A DNA stretch of 63,396 nucleotides, counting the filler, from Perkinsus chesapeaki ATCC PRA-425 (Eukaryota; Protista; Perkinsozoa), in the NCBI GenBank assembly GCA_013115145.1. It is 8 parts of 8 records of this genome, joined end to end, with 100 filler letters (N's around TTAATTAATTAA, not from the genome) between each part and the next. Parts side by side here need not be neighbours in the genome. Positions count along the whole stretch, not along the records: positions 38,299 to 40,421 come from JAAPAO010001669.1; positions 40,522 to 48,287 come from JAAPAO010001012.1; positions 48,388 to 50,157 come from JAAPAO010001793.1; 5 more parts are not named here. One strand, written 5' to 3'. A program made the position numbers and the translations under genes. Every line of letters starts with the position of its first letter. Within the stretch, counting starts at the first letter, position 1. Under the pieces are notes generated by a model that saw only the letters and a program-made list of their open reading frames with translations, had not been told where the DNA came from and did not search any database. This document shows positions 38,299 through 50,157 of the stretch, piece after piece.

Positions 38299-38789
38299 AA
38301 CGCCGCCTTCTCAGCTCTCTTGACCGATTCATCATAGACCTTCTGTAGCTCACTAGGCGATAGATTTCCCAACAAAGCATCAGCTTCATAATTCTCCAAT
38401 AGGCTAGAATAATCCCCAGTAGTAGTATCAAGTACGTTAGTGTCATTTCGCAGATGAGGTAGAACGGTTTCCTCTGGTACCGTAGAGAGCGTAGAACGTA
38501 AAGGGCGATTATCAATAACGGCTGGTCTCCTTCTAGAAGTTGGCACCGTACCAGGATCACTTTGAGCCGTACCAAATGGCCTCGCAGTAAGTCTGGCATT
38601 AACCGTTCTGGGCGAAGAAAATACACTTCTAAGGAAAGAAAAGCATGACAAACCATCTCTACGCTGAGGGAAATGCTGCAGTAACTCAGGGTTAGGAGCC
38701 CTAAGTGTCAACGCTGACAATCGCTCAGTCAACTCACGAATCTCCTCTTGCTCGATATCATTAACCTGACTACTTGTGGGTAACGTCAT
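38299..38789 (-). mobile_element. Probable retrotransposon gag N-terminus, cut by contig end
   Basis: Intronless ORF in an intron-rich genome, resembling the gag starts elsewhere in the window (IRELTERLSAL...); no diagnostic motif. Confidence 0.4.
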
Positions 38790-39664
38790 CTAGATTAAAG
38801 TACTTGTTGAACGCAATGATCCCGGTAGAATGTGATGGTAATTGAGTAACACTGTAATTACCAAGTAGTGATAAGAAAAACACACTAAGATTATGGTGTC
38901 CAGACTTGGTATTCTAGCGTCCGGAGACAGAGCTAAAAAAGATACTGTGTTAAGATGACATTACACAAAACTTTGCCGTATCCGGCACAAGGTTCAGTTC
39001 GAGCCTAATCCATTGTGTGATAACTCTGTCTATTCAAGCTTAGCCAATGATATTTTGTAGTAGCCAATTATTGTTATTCGGACAATATATTATTGCTAGA
39101 TCATACTTAATTGAAATACTCTTTCAATTATATTGATCTCTGTTGCGTAATCTGTAGACTGATAAATCAGTATTAAGTATGACTGGAACATCGACCCCAA
39201 GGAATGATGTAGTTGCTACCTATACCGGTGAGAACCACGTATAGACACGTACGAGTGACGGGTGTATAACGATTGGTACACATAAATTACGTACACATGA
39301 AACTCGTACACGGAATTTTTGACTTTTAACTGGTACACCAAATTCCCGTACACTCAAATCTCTGTCGACAAAATGTGATACACCAGAAATGGGTTCAGGG
39401 GCGAGTAGTACACAAAAATTCCGTTCATATGAGTGTCGTACACTTAGATTTGGGTCAGTTTGATTTCGTACTCCTCGAACTCATACACCCGATGGCTCGT
39501 ACACTTATACGATGTTTTTCAGTTCAGTAGTTTGTTAATCTTAAGGCTGAGCGTTCAATTCCCAGAGGCGACATAACTGGCAAACTTTGTCTGTCCGGCG
39601 GAGCAATTAGCACTTTTGGGGGATCAATATTGAGTCAGTGCGACATTGAATTGTGCAGTCGGAT

Positions 39665-39736
39665 TGCTCTAGTAGTATAAGGGCTATCTGACATGGGCAA
39701 GGTTCTAGGTTCGAATCTGACCCGGGGTATTTTCAG
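39665..39736 (+). other. tRNA-like module with B-box, TTTT and CAG
   Basis: tgctctagtagtataa (A-box-like) ... aaggttctaGGTTCGAATCtgacccggggta TTTT CAG. Confidence 0.6.
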
Positions 39737-39807
39737 TTCATGGGAGTGTGAGAAGCTGAAAGCCTGGGGTAACCATGCTGGGAGTTGAAGCGCCGGCGGA
39801 GCCGGCG

Positions 39808-39865
39808 CGAAAAATTTTAAGAGGCAGTTGATGCGGCCGCATCAACTGCCTTTTAAAATTTTTCG
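39808..39865. repeat. 58-bp loopless palindrome centred on GCGGCCGC, one mismatch
   Basis: cgaaaaattttaagaggcagttgatgcgg|ccgcatcaactgccttttaaaatttttcg; adjacent hairpin gcgccggc-gga-gccggcgc at 39790-39808. Confidence 0.95.
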
Positions 39866-41001
39866 AGTGTACGAAATGAAAGTGTACGAGATATGCGTGT
39901 ATGAAAAAAGTATGGATTGAGATTTTGGTGTATGAAATGGGGGTGAACGGAATGAAAGTGTACGAACTTTCAGTGTACTGAATGCAAGTGTACCGAGCTT
40001 ACGGATACGAGATAATAGGGAACGTACTTTTGGTGGTCGAACTGCCGATGATCTGAATAGGAGCGAACGAGCTGACTGTGTAGTACACAGTGTGTACGTG
40101 TTTCAAGCAATCGAGTTGAGTATGAACGTGATTTATGGAGATTGAACATTAAGTGTAGGTGTTTTATGTGTACCAATCGTTAACATCCCATCGGAAGCAC
40201 TGCACCGGCCATGTACAAAGAGGCTACTGGATCATCATCAAACCATTAATATCGACCAAGACACGGCTCATTGAAAACAGACACGTGGGAAGAAGCCTTG
40301 GCGAAAGGCACCGAGTCGGTGCCGAACTTTCCGAGTCGGTTACTTATTCTGGGTGTATCATGTCTCGTACACCGAAAACTCGTACACTTTCACTTCGTTC
40401 ACCACCCGTACACTGAATACTNNNNNNNNNNNNNNNNNNNNNNNNNNNNNNNNNNNNNNNNNNNNTTAATTAATTAANNNNNNNNNNNNNNNNNNNNNNN
40501 NNNNNNNNNNNNNNNNNNNNNAAAACCGCTGTCAGCGTACGGGCGAGCGATTTTGGCCAGGTAGAAAAGCGACCGGACCAAAAATTACGGTAGATTCCGA
40601 GCGGTAGCAGCCTGTAAGAGGTGAAATCCAGTGAGAATGGGTTGGAACAAAGGTTTTACCGTACATTATATTGAGCACTAGATTAGGGAAATCAGCAACC
40701 TTGGCGAGTCGGCGAAACCTGGTGCCCCGAGGATGATCATTCTGAGAAAGTTGGATGCATTTGCCGTGCGTGAAACGCAATCCTGGAAGTTGTTAACGGA
40801 ATCAGTTGTTGCGAGGAAGTTATTCTAAGATTCAAAATAGGTTGATTGAGCGACGTTCTCTTAGTGGCCACTTTGGTCATTGCCAATTAACTATAAATGA
40901 AGCCACTACGATACATTGTTGCATTACTGCTAATACGCGATGATATGGCAATACGGAGAGAGACGCAAAACGATGAACGAGAAGGTAGTGGTTGGCGGAG
41001 A

Positions 41002-41210
41002 GGATAATGTTAANNNNNNNNNNNNNNNNNNNNNNNNNNNNNNNNNNNNNNNNNNNNNNNNNNNNNNNNNNNNNNNNNNNNNNNNNNNNNNNNNNNNNNN
41101 NNNNNNNNNNNAATATAGGGTTTAGTGGATAATGTTAATATAGGGTTTAGTGGATAATGTTAATATAGGGTTTAGTGGATAATGTTAATATAGGGTTTAG
41201 TGGATAATGT
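41002..41210 (+). repeat. 25-bp tandem repeat spanning an N gap
   Basis: aatatagggtttagtggataatgtt x4 at 41111-41210; partial ggataatgttaa just before the gap. Confidence 0.9.
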
Positions 41211-41229
41211 TGGATGGTATCCTCGCCTT

Positions 41230-44200
41230 TCAGATGAGTTTCCATCCAACCGTCGTTCCCTAGCAGTCCAGGACGCCGAGGTTGCATTGGTAGCACCGGG
41301 AGCAAGTAACATACCGGACGTCACAGCGACTACTTCAGTCACAGTGTACTAAGGGGACATCGAGGGACGCGGTCCGCAAATGCTATCACCATTCGGTTCC
41401 TCCTATATAACCATTGTTGGTCCACACAGGGATGGAAAATGTATTTGGCTACTCTTCAATAAGCTGAGTAGTCTTTTTAGAATATCTCAGCAATAGGGAG
41501 ACTTTTCGATCCTCTTAGTTGAATCTTTCGGATTTTGTAACTCGCTCTGTCACGGAGGAAGGAACAGACCAACCCCGGCTGCCGTTAGCAGCTCGTTTTC
41601 CCTTTCTTCGGGCTTAGTGCAATTATCTTGTCAGAGATGGGGTGACATTTGTTATGCGTCGTGATCGATTTGTCGCTTTCTTTCTTGTTTTTCATTTTGT
41701 CCCGATTTGTCGGTGAATGTTTCGGAAAATGATTTCTAATATAAACTAGAAAAATATAATAATTAAAATTATTTCTAATTTCTAAAATTTTTTTCTTTGT
41801 TCTGAAATTGAATGTTTTGGAATTTCGCAGGTGGATTTTTTAACCCGTCGGGTTTCCCTTGTACATGCCATTTTTATATATAAAGTCAGCAACAATCAGG
41901 TACGCCGGTGTGACCTATAGTACATTGACAGTGTCGGCAACAGATGGCCTTGGAACAACTGCAAGCGAGGTAGTAGTAGGGAGGAGTAATGGGGCACTAC
42001 CGGGTTATTAGTTGTGATGAACGAGCCGGGGCTGTAGTCGCAAACCAACTTGGTATTGATCGTCTTGGGAAATTGGCAGTTTCTTTTATATTTTTCCGAC
42101 TTCTTATAGCTCACATTCCTACTGTGGTAAGTTCCGGTGCATGGCTTTGAAATTGCGCGTGAAGGAGGAGTGGACGTACCGTTGTGTTTTAGTTTGTTAG
42201 AATCTCTTTTAGTTTAGCGGAGTGGGTATGACGTTCGCCTTAACGCATAGTAACCCTGGTTCGATCCCTGGCGATGGTATTTTATTTAGATTCGAATAAA
42301 GCTGGTTGATTCCACGGTTACTGCCTGTTCGACTCTGGAGGCCGCTCGAACATCCAGCCCTTTGGATGGAGATACCGCACCTGGAGGCGTGCCGACCACT
42401 ACTTCTAATATCTGGTCGAATGTGCGGTTCGATGTGGTAAGGTTGTCATGATGGCAAAGTTTGATGAACTGCGGAGGGAGGGTGGGGATTCTGACTTTAT
42501 GTTGGAGCGGGATCTTGCGTATTTCTAAGAATCAAATCTAACAGCGCAGTAGGGTTGTTAGGCATGATAGCATTCGTCGGACTCGGGTTCGATTCCCATG
42601 TGGTTCATTTTAGGGTGGATTTTTCAAGCTGTGTTATCGCCCGACAACACTGAGTGGCTGGGAGCTACTGCCAGTTGATATTGTTGTTCGAGGAGGCAAC
42701 ACGAATGATGATAAGTTCTGGTGCCTATTTACAACGGACGCGGCGTGGCCGTGCAGAGCTCGGGTGAGTTTTGTGGCCCGTGACGGAGTATGTGGTATAT
42801 TCGTTACTATTGGTGAATGTGCAATATGGGTTGGTAATGGTTTCAGCAATAGCATCAGTAGTAAAGAGGAAATCATTGCGAATAATAAATTACCCTAACT
42901 TCTTTTTTAAATTTAGATTAATTCAACTTTGACTTTTTTCATTTTTTCTCGACTTTTGAAATACAGAGCGCGTTGCAGCTTTGGCAACTTTGTTTATTAT
43001 TAACATTGCACCATTCACGAAAAGTAAATCTCAGTGAACGATATTTAAATTCATATCAGTTGATAATTAGAGGAGCTTTAAAACTTTGTGAACAGCAGGG
43101 AGCTCTCGTACTTCGTTGACGAACGAACATGCAAGAAGAATGAATCTTTGTCACATTTTCGGGTATAACATCAAAGGAGGGGCGCTGCCTTTGAAAAAAT
43201 ATATTATAGAGTACTACCCGACGAGGACGACGACCGATGTTAATAAGACTACTTTGCTCGTGGTTGTTCCGGTTAAGTATGTGGAGAAATTGATAGATGC
43301 GAAATTGTGAGGGGCAGTAGCTTACCCACGTCATACCGTCCTCAGTGGCCTTAAGGACGTATTGTTTGTTCAGTTATTCGGCACCTCGCTCTCCGGTGGC
43401 ACGGATTGGCTGATGACTTTGTTGGACTATGGTGACACTTGTGGCGTGGATACAATAGCGACACTGAAGTTTGTGAACTCGGTCTCGGAAGTGTCGTTGG
43501 ATGGATCATATGAGATACATGACTTTGGAATCAAGAAGACCAATGTTGGCACACCTGAGAGCTATACGGTGAGAAAAAGGAATGTCACGCGCCACGAAAT
43601 TATGCTACTTGTAGTGGGCATGCTGAGTTGATTTATTTCTCACGCGCCACGAAACTATGCTACTTGTAGTGGGCATGCTGAGTGGATTTATTTCTCACGC
43701 GCCACGAAACTATGCTACTTGTAGTGGGCATGCTGAGTGGATTTATTTGTCACGCGCCACGAAGTTCCTGTATCAAGCAATTGTTAACCTTTCTGTCTTG
43801 TAGAATGCATTTTCTCACGCGCCACGAAATGTCAGGTCTGTTATTGTCCTGGTTATGATTCTGACAGCACGAATGGCATCTGTCACAGCGGATCCGATAC
43901 GGACTTCATACAAGTTGTTGGGACGCTGGTTTTAATACAAGTCACATTGATTGATAATCCTACCGATGGCAATACAGTTGCGGTGTATCCGACCTTAAGA
44001 TTCTCCTTGAAGCTGACCTGCGGCGATCCGGGCATGTGCGCAGCCGATGATGGAATTCGGTATAAAATTGTGGATAGAAGTGTCAGTAACGACGCGCCCT
44101 ATTATGAGGCGACCGGGGGCTGCAGAACTGCGCTGGAGTCGTCCACGTTTATGGGGCCGACGAACTGCGCGAGTTCGACAAGTTGCGTGCATACGAGAGA

Positions 44201-47200
44201 TGACATTCCGGTGTCGGCGGCAAATCCGATCTGGACGGATTTGCAGATGGACGGGGTGATTGAGAATGAAGTGTCGGTCGCTTCAAGCTATGATATTTGC
44301 TACTGTGATGGAGGATGCGTGTCGAACGCTAACTGGTTTAAAATCGGATCGTTCACGGTGAATCGTATTTTGGTGCAATTTCTGGACACTCTGCAGGCTG
44401 TGAAGGAACCGCATGTTAATAAACAAGGTGAGATGGGGGATTGGAAGATATAAACATGGATCATTTTATCAATATTAATAATATTATAATTGTTATATTA
44501 TAATTATCAGTATTATATACGTAAATACATTTATTTATACGAATCATAATTAATATCATTTATTATCAATCATGGCCATGAATTCCAGCCAGACGTTGCG
44601 TCTGCAATTGAACACTACGACCACGAAGAGGAACGAATTTGCCTGCCGTGGACTTGGTGCACTTCCATAAAAAATGCATATCCAGTTGAGTGTGCGCCGA
44701 GGCTGTCATTATGCAGTAAACCGTTTAATATGCGATAAAAAGGCTTTCAAGAGCTCCCAGCTTTCACTCTACCAGCGTTATGTACACATTCGTAATGTAT
44801 TCATATCATGGAAACTAGGTGTAGACGAAAAACTCTTGTCTGCAACTTGAGCTCATATGAATCTTTCTCAGGTTACATAAAGATACTCGGCAGCTCAACA
44901 GTAGGAAGCTGGACGACGACTGGCGATCAAGCAAGGGAGATGAAGATATTACCAGTAAAAATTCACGCTTCGCTCCGCCTTCATCGAGCAAATCGAATCG
45001 CAAATCTGCAAACCTTCTAAGAGCCCAGAATGGCCTCGAAGTGTCTCACAGTATTATTCAGGATATTGCAATTTTTCCAAAATTCCGGAATTTCCGCGAA
45101 TTTTCCCGAAATTTTTCGGGGTTTTCCCGAAGTTACGTCATTTTTCAGGACAATAGCGGTTTGGTGAACAAGAAGGCTTGCCTCGACAACGCCCAGTCTC
45201 CATTGGTTGTCTCCGGTCACACTTGCACCTCGTTAACCGATTGCGCCTCCCCGACAAGCGCCAGCAATTCTCAATTATACGGCGGCGGAGCGATGAAATT
45301 CTTACAGAGCGGGTGGATCGCGGTCTGCTATTGTGACAGAGTTTGCAATCAACAGAGCAACTGGGCGGTGGTGGGTCGATTACTGGTGCTGGGTCCGCTG
45401 GGCTCGGAAACGTGGGTGTTCGCGGAGTCACTGACATTCAAGTGAGTTCGAATCCCACGGATGTCATTTTTAATGTAATTTTTCAGGATGAGCATTCACG
45501 GTTGGGGCCTGTCTGAGAATAACTATATTCGTATTATTGATAGTGCGAACGATTGTGGTGTGATAGGCTCGACTCAAAGTGCCACCGTTAAGGGACCGGT
45601 TAATAGCGGAGCGTTGCTGACGGGAACGAGCAACATGAGAAGTATTGAGCCTGCGAGTCCGAGGTGAGTAACAGTTGGGAATGGCATCGATTTCTTAACA
45701 AGAAATATATTATATAGCAACTGCTTTCTGCCGCTTTTCAATATATTTTAAACCACTGGGGTTGTTTAATAAACCGATTTTGAAATTCAGCATCGATTTC
45801 AGAACTGTTTTTTACATGTTAATCGCGTTGGTGGAATCGATTATGAATCACAGATGATTTGATAAACATGCGGACTGTTCTATACGGATGTTCCAAACTG
45901 TCTTTTCATACTACTGCTCCGAACCAGTGGTATTATTTAATACTAGCAATGCTAAAGATGTTATATGGGAGGCTGCTTTAGTATATACTGTCAACTTTCA
46001 CGTGGAATCTCATCAAGTAGTTCATGAGCTTCCCTGAAGGATGGTGGCGTATTCCCGCTAGCTTCCTTGGGGAGCTTCGGGAGTTTCTTATTAGAAATTT
46101 TAGGAAATTTCTGTGGGGAATAATTCACATTAGTTATCTCTTGGATGGAGTGCAGTGTTGGAGTAGATGCATTTGGTCGCTTGGATGTTGGTGAGGGTGA
46201 CGCATCTGTAGAGAATTTAGTTATTGGCTTTGAGCTCGATTGGGGAGCAGAAGAAATTTCAGAAGTGCAATTTTCTCTGCTTTCAGCTCGGCGGGATCGA
46301 TAATAACATTCGGTACGGCCTCGGGTCCGGTGGCTCACGGTCTTAGGGATGGTGATTATATTGAGATTGAGAGCGCTGTCGAGGTGACAGTCGGGAAAAG
46401 CGATGAAAGTAGGAAAATAGAGAGACTGATGAATTAGGCATTTATCACGCAGGAAAATCTGAGGAGGAGGAAATGATAAATACCTCCCACGATGTCGCCT
46501 ATATCGACGAGTATTCGATCAGGATACCTCTGTCTTTTCCAGAGGATGACTACCCTAATTTCGATATGGTAAGTGATTCGCGTACATTGAGGGTTGGCGT
46601 CGTCAGTGGCGCAACTAGGGACCCTAGTTGAAAAAAAGTTTTCAAATGTTTCATCCTAGTGTCTATGGTGAAGCATTTGAAAACTTTTTTCAAGGCCCCG
46701 GCTAGTGTCAACAGTGTGAATCGGATGGGCCCAAATCGATGCTCAGGGTTCACGCACGGGAAATCAAGTTAGCTGCAAACCTGGGCGTGGGAGTCCAGGT
46801 TGAGCTGATACGCGAAGGTTCTTGGGGACACACATGAATGTGTTCCTCGGGTTTAAGCATTATGTTTGATGAATAATAATCCCTAATAGTTTCACTTTAA
46901 AAGCGATGGACATTTTTCCAGAAGGCCTGTAGTTCTCTCGACAAAGAGGAGTGAGCTTCAAACGCGTTTTTCTTACAAGTCTCTTTGGATGAGTATTCCA
47001 TTCAGTTTCCGGGTTTTCGGGTTTTTATAATATTTCGGGTTTTCGTTTTTTGTAGTGTTTTGTACAGTAGTCTGCGACAATGCACACTGTCGCTCTGCTC
47101 GCAGTGTCTTTTCTTCAGGTTGGCGGCACTGGCACGCCTGCGGTGACATGGAGACGGAATTCCGAGCAAGAATATGTCAATATAGTTTCCCTCTTAAAAG

Positions 47201-48178
47201 GGGAATATAAAGTATGTTGGAGCGAAAGTGCCAACACGCTCGATACGGACTTCGTGGCGCTGGCGGGGACGCTGGTGGTGACCGAGCCACCGGGGATGGA
47301 AGCAAGTTTAAGTCTGGTGACAATCGAAGCTGATGTGGCTCAGCCTGTTGTAATATCCTTCACAACGGGGACGAGCTCGAGGTATCTTGAGGTTGAGCAT
47401 GCAATGCAGCTGAAGATAGTTTTTACCGACCCGGACTATCTCGAAGCCAGGACTGTTGGTGACGACTCGGTTGGGATTGATAGCAATTTTGACGAGCTTA
47501 GCGAAGCGAAGCAACATATTTGTGGGATGTATTTTAAGGAGCTTTGGGCATCTGATGTGAATGGATTTCCGATGCCACAGGGATGCTATCTCCGCGAGGA
47601 CACTATAGACCCCGCCGTCATCAAGACGGAATTTTATATGGTCTTCGAGAAGAGGAATGGTCTTAGGCCGTCCACCAGGTGGGTTAAACGGGACGAATTT
47701 CAGAGCAATCGCTTTTACGGCAGTAGGAGGAAGATTGCGGCCTTACTGATTCGCCGTCTTCCGAGCGGCGGGGAAAAATTTAATTAATTGGGGAAAATTT
47801 CGTGAGAATTTTACAAAATTTTTGTTCAGGTATAAGATAGTAATGCACGCAACGGCGCGGGAGGCACTGACCCAGACTTCGCCGCCTAACGCAGCAGTGC
47901 AGATTTGGGTCATGGACGACGTGATCGAGCGACCGCTCGAAGTTATCGAGGTTGGCAAAGCTGCGGCGAATAAAGATATGGCGACCGGGGAGACGAAGCG
48001 GGCGGCTGGGGATCCGAGCTTTCATTTGGTTGATGGATTCGTGGTGACTGGTGGCACGCAGGGACTGCTGGAATTGACTTCGTACTGTATAAACGATGAC
48101 CAGACGGAGAATACGCCGGACTTTGAGAAGAAGTGCCAACCGTGTCGAAGCGAGGAAGATTGCGGGAATACTGACCGT
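41230..48178 (+). CDS. Part of a giant Cys-rich repeat protein (alveolate-type), multi-exon
   Basis: Spliced exons with recurring modules: FKLCYRP, YDICYCDGGC, IAVCYCDRVC, FKMSIHGWGL..NYIRII...C, YKVCWS. Start and end not visible. Confidence 0.6.
42205..42289 (+). other. tRNA-Val-like pseudo-tRNA forming an intron 3' end
   Basis: A-box TAGCGGAGTGG (42215), ACGTTCGCCT, B-box GGTTCGATCCC (42258), then TTTT-ATTTAG| exon IRIKLVDS. No pairing acceptor stem. Confidence 0.75.
42542..42613 (+). other. Pseudo-tRNA forming an intron 3' end
   Basis: A-box-like CAGCGCAGTAGG, B-box GGTTCGATTCCC (42586), tggttca TTTT AG| exon GGFFKLCYRP, in frame with upstream exon 42290-42436. Confidence 0.7.
43586..43763 (+). 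repeat. 55-bp intronic minisatellite (3+ copies)
   Basis: Unit cacgcgccacgaaactatgctacttgtagtgggcatgctgagtggatttatttct; a further cacgcgccacgaa lies near the acceptor at ~43816. Confidence 0.92.
45442..45486 (+). other. 45-nt intron whose 5' end is a tRNA-like T-arm, acceptor strand and terminator
   Basis: GTGAG-TTCGAAT-CCCAC GGATGTC A TTTTT ...cag; splicing gives SLTFK|MSIHGWGL in frame. Confidence 0.75.
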
Positions 48179-48187
48179 AGGTTGGGG

Positions 48188-48287
48188 GAGATATAATAGA
48201 AAGGAGTTTGATAAGAAATATGTTACTAGTGATACGGAGGAGGAGATATAATAGAAAGGAGTTTGATAGGAAATATGTTACTAGTGA
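48188..48287 (-). repeat. Second locus of the 55-bp minisatellite seen at 1-145
   Basis: ggaggaggagatataatagaaaggagtttgataggaaatatgttactagtga is the reverse complement of the unit at window start. Confidence 0.9.
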
Positions 48288-48499
48288 NNNNNNNNNNNNN
48301 NNNNNNNNNNNNNNNNNNNNNNNNNNNNNNNTTAATTAATTAANNNNNNNNNNNNNNNNNNNNNNNNNNNNNNNNNNNNNNNNNNNNTCCACAGTCGATT
48401 TTTCGAAGGAGATGGTCGCTGACTCGAGCCGGTATTATCTCAGAATTGACCCCCTAGTTTCATTAATTGCCACTTCTTTCTTCCCTGAAGTCGACCATC

Positions 48500-50157
48500 T
48501 TCTTCAATGTCGCAACCTCGAATTAGATGGATGGCCACCTGCGCCTCCTGGGCCTGGGGTCTCGGCGACGCTGGCGTGTCATCTGTAAGGGAGATCATCG
48601 ATCAATACCTGTGAACAGCTGTGGATAGGTTATTGATGGCCTGCAAGAGCCATCTAATAAGAAGAAATTAATGACCTTTTTAGAAGGCGAAACTAAGTAA
48701 GAGAACCTCCTTCATAGCGGAAATCGTAGCGTCCTGTCAGGTACGACCATATCTTCCTTTATCGACAAGTTCCCGACTTGCCCATTCGCGGCGATGCCGG
48801 TACGTAATTAAGTACCATTTGTGATGGTCATGGTGCCCTGGTCAGATCCTCAAGACGCATCCGGTCCGCCTAGGATCGTCGTTACTTTCGGGGAGGATGA
48901 TCGCATTAAGAGCAAGGCAGTGTAGGCAGTCCCTGTTTCCTATTCGACTTCGTATTATTTTTATTAGGTACTTTTTTCGTTCTGGTATCGCCCCCGGCAA
49001 GCCAGTAAAATTAGAAGTCGCCTGTGGAGAAGATCTCCTCGTCGGTGAGGCATCAGGCAACCCATTGGAGAGTCTGGACACTGTCCTGGCGGGGGTAAGT
49101 GGTGCTTTGAGCATCTGTATCGATTCACTAATTGCTCAATGATTAATCACATTACCGATCAGTAGCGAGCTACTGGCAACTCCAATTCGTATTTTGAATC
49201 CATTTGTGTCATGTGTTCTTTTCGTACGCTTTTTTCAGTGTTTGTGGCTACTTCGGCATGTTTGTATTTTGTCTTCCAACTCCTCTCGTTTCTACGAGCT
49301 TGCTGGATTGGCTCCCTTCAGGTACTTTTGCCGCTCATTCACACTACAATGGCCGACACCGAAGCCTGGGGCCAGTGTGATGGCGAACAAAGATCTGAGT
49401 TCACTACAGGTAAGGCTTCCCGTTTGCCTCCCTAGTTCGACCTGGTCGCGTGTAGGTATGCAAAGGATTTCTAACGAGCTAACCGAGGCTCTGAAATCTC
49501 TGACGGGCGGGATTGAGCTCCGAGGCGTTGAAGATGTCGACGGTATGCTTGGCGATAAACTGATGCAATACGCGGCGATGGCGAGCTACCAGGAAATCGT
49601 CAAGGAGAACCCCGAAGTGCCGCTCCAGTTCGAGGGGCTCCTGGACAACTGGTGCCGCCAAGTCGAGCAGTATCTAGAGGAATCTCTGGACTACTCGGCC
49701 TCGAGTAAGATGTACGGCAACGATCCCGGCCCGAGGACGGAACTGGACTTTTGGATGCAACGAATGCAGAAGATCACAACTATCACGGAGCAACTGAAGT
49801 CGAGGGGCTGCCGAGCGGTCTTTGGCGTTCTTCACGCTGTTACGAGAGTCAGCCAGGACGTGGCGCCCAAGTCGAGACAAGTCGTGTTTAATACACTGAG
49901 ACGGTGGAAGCAGATTGACATATCAATCACGGAAGCGTTTAACGAGGCGAAGGACAACGTGAAGTATCTCAGCACGTTGGAGAAGTTCATTGAACCGCTG
50001 TACAGTGGGACACCAGTGACCATTGCGGACTCGCTGCCGGCTGTTATGAATGCCATTAAGATGATACACACAATTGCGAGATAGTATAATACGACAGAGA
50101 GAATGACCAACTTGTTTACGAAAATAACGAATCAGATGATTCTAAATTGCAAGGCCT
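48500..50157 (+). CDS. Axonemal outer-arm dynein heavy chain (gamma/DNAH5-8 type), N-terminal region, partial; in-frame TAG
   Basis: WMATCASWAWGL, ESLDTVLAG|VLLPL..EAWGQC, PGPRTELDFWMQRMQKITTITEQLKS, WKQIDISITEAFNEAKDNVKYL, AR*YNTTERMTNLFTKITNQMILNCK. Confidence 0.9.

Larger units (their letters stand above)
39260..40189. mobile_element. Non-autonomous TIR element (~930 bp)
   Basis: 27-bp imperfect TIRs gggtgtataacgattggtacacataaa / tttatgtgtaccaatcgttaacatccc (20 bp exact). Many GTACAC on the left half and GTGTAC on the right half. No clear TSD. Confidence 0.75.

Noticed and set aside
42205-42283. Calling the intronic tRNA-like modules functional tRNA genes
   Set aside because: Acceptor and/or anticodon stems do not pair and several are only 3' halves, so they are treated as pseudo-tRNA modules.
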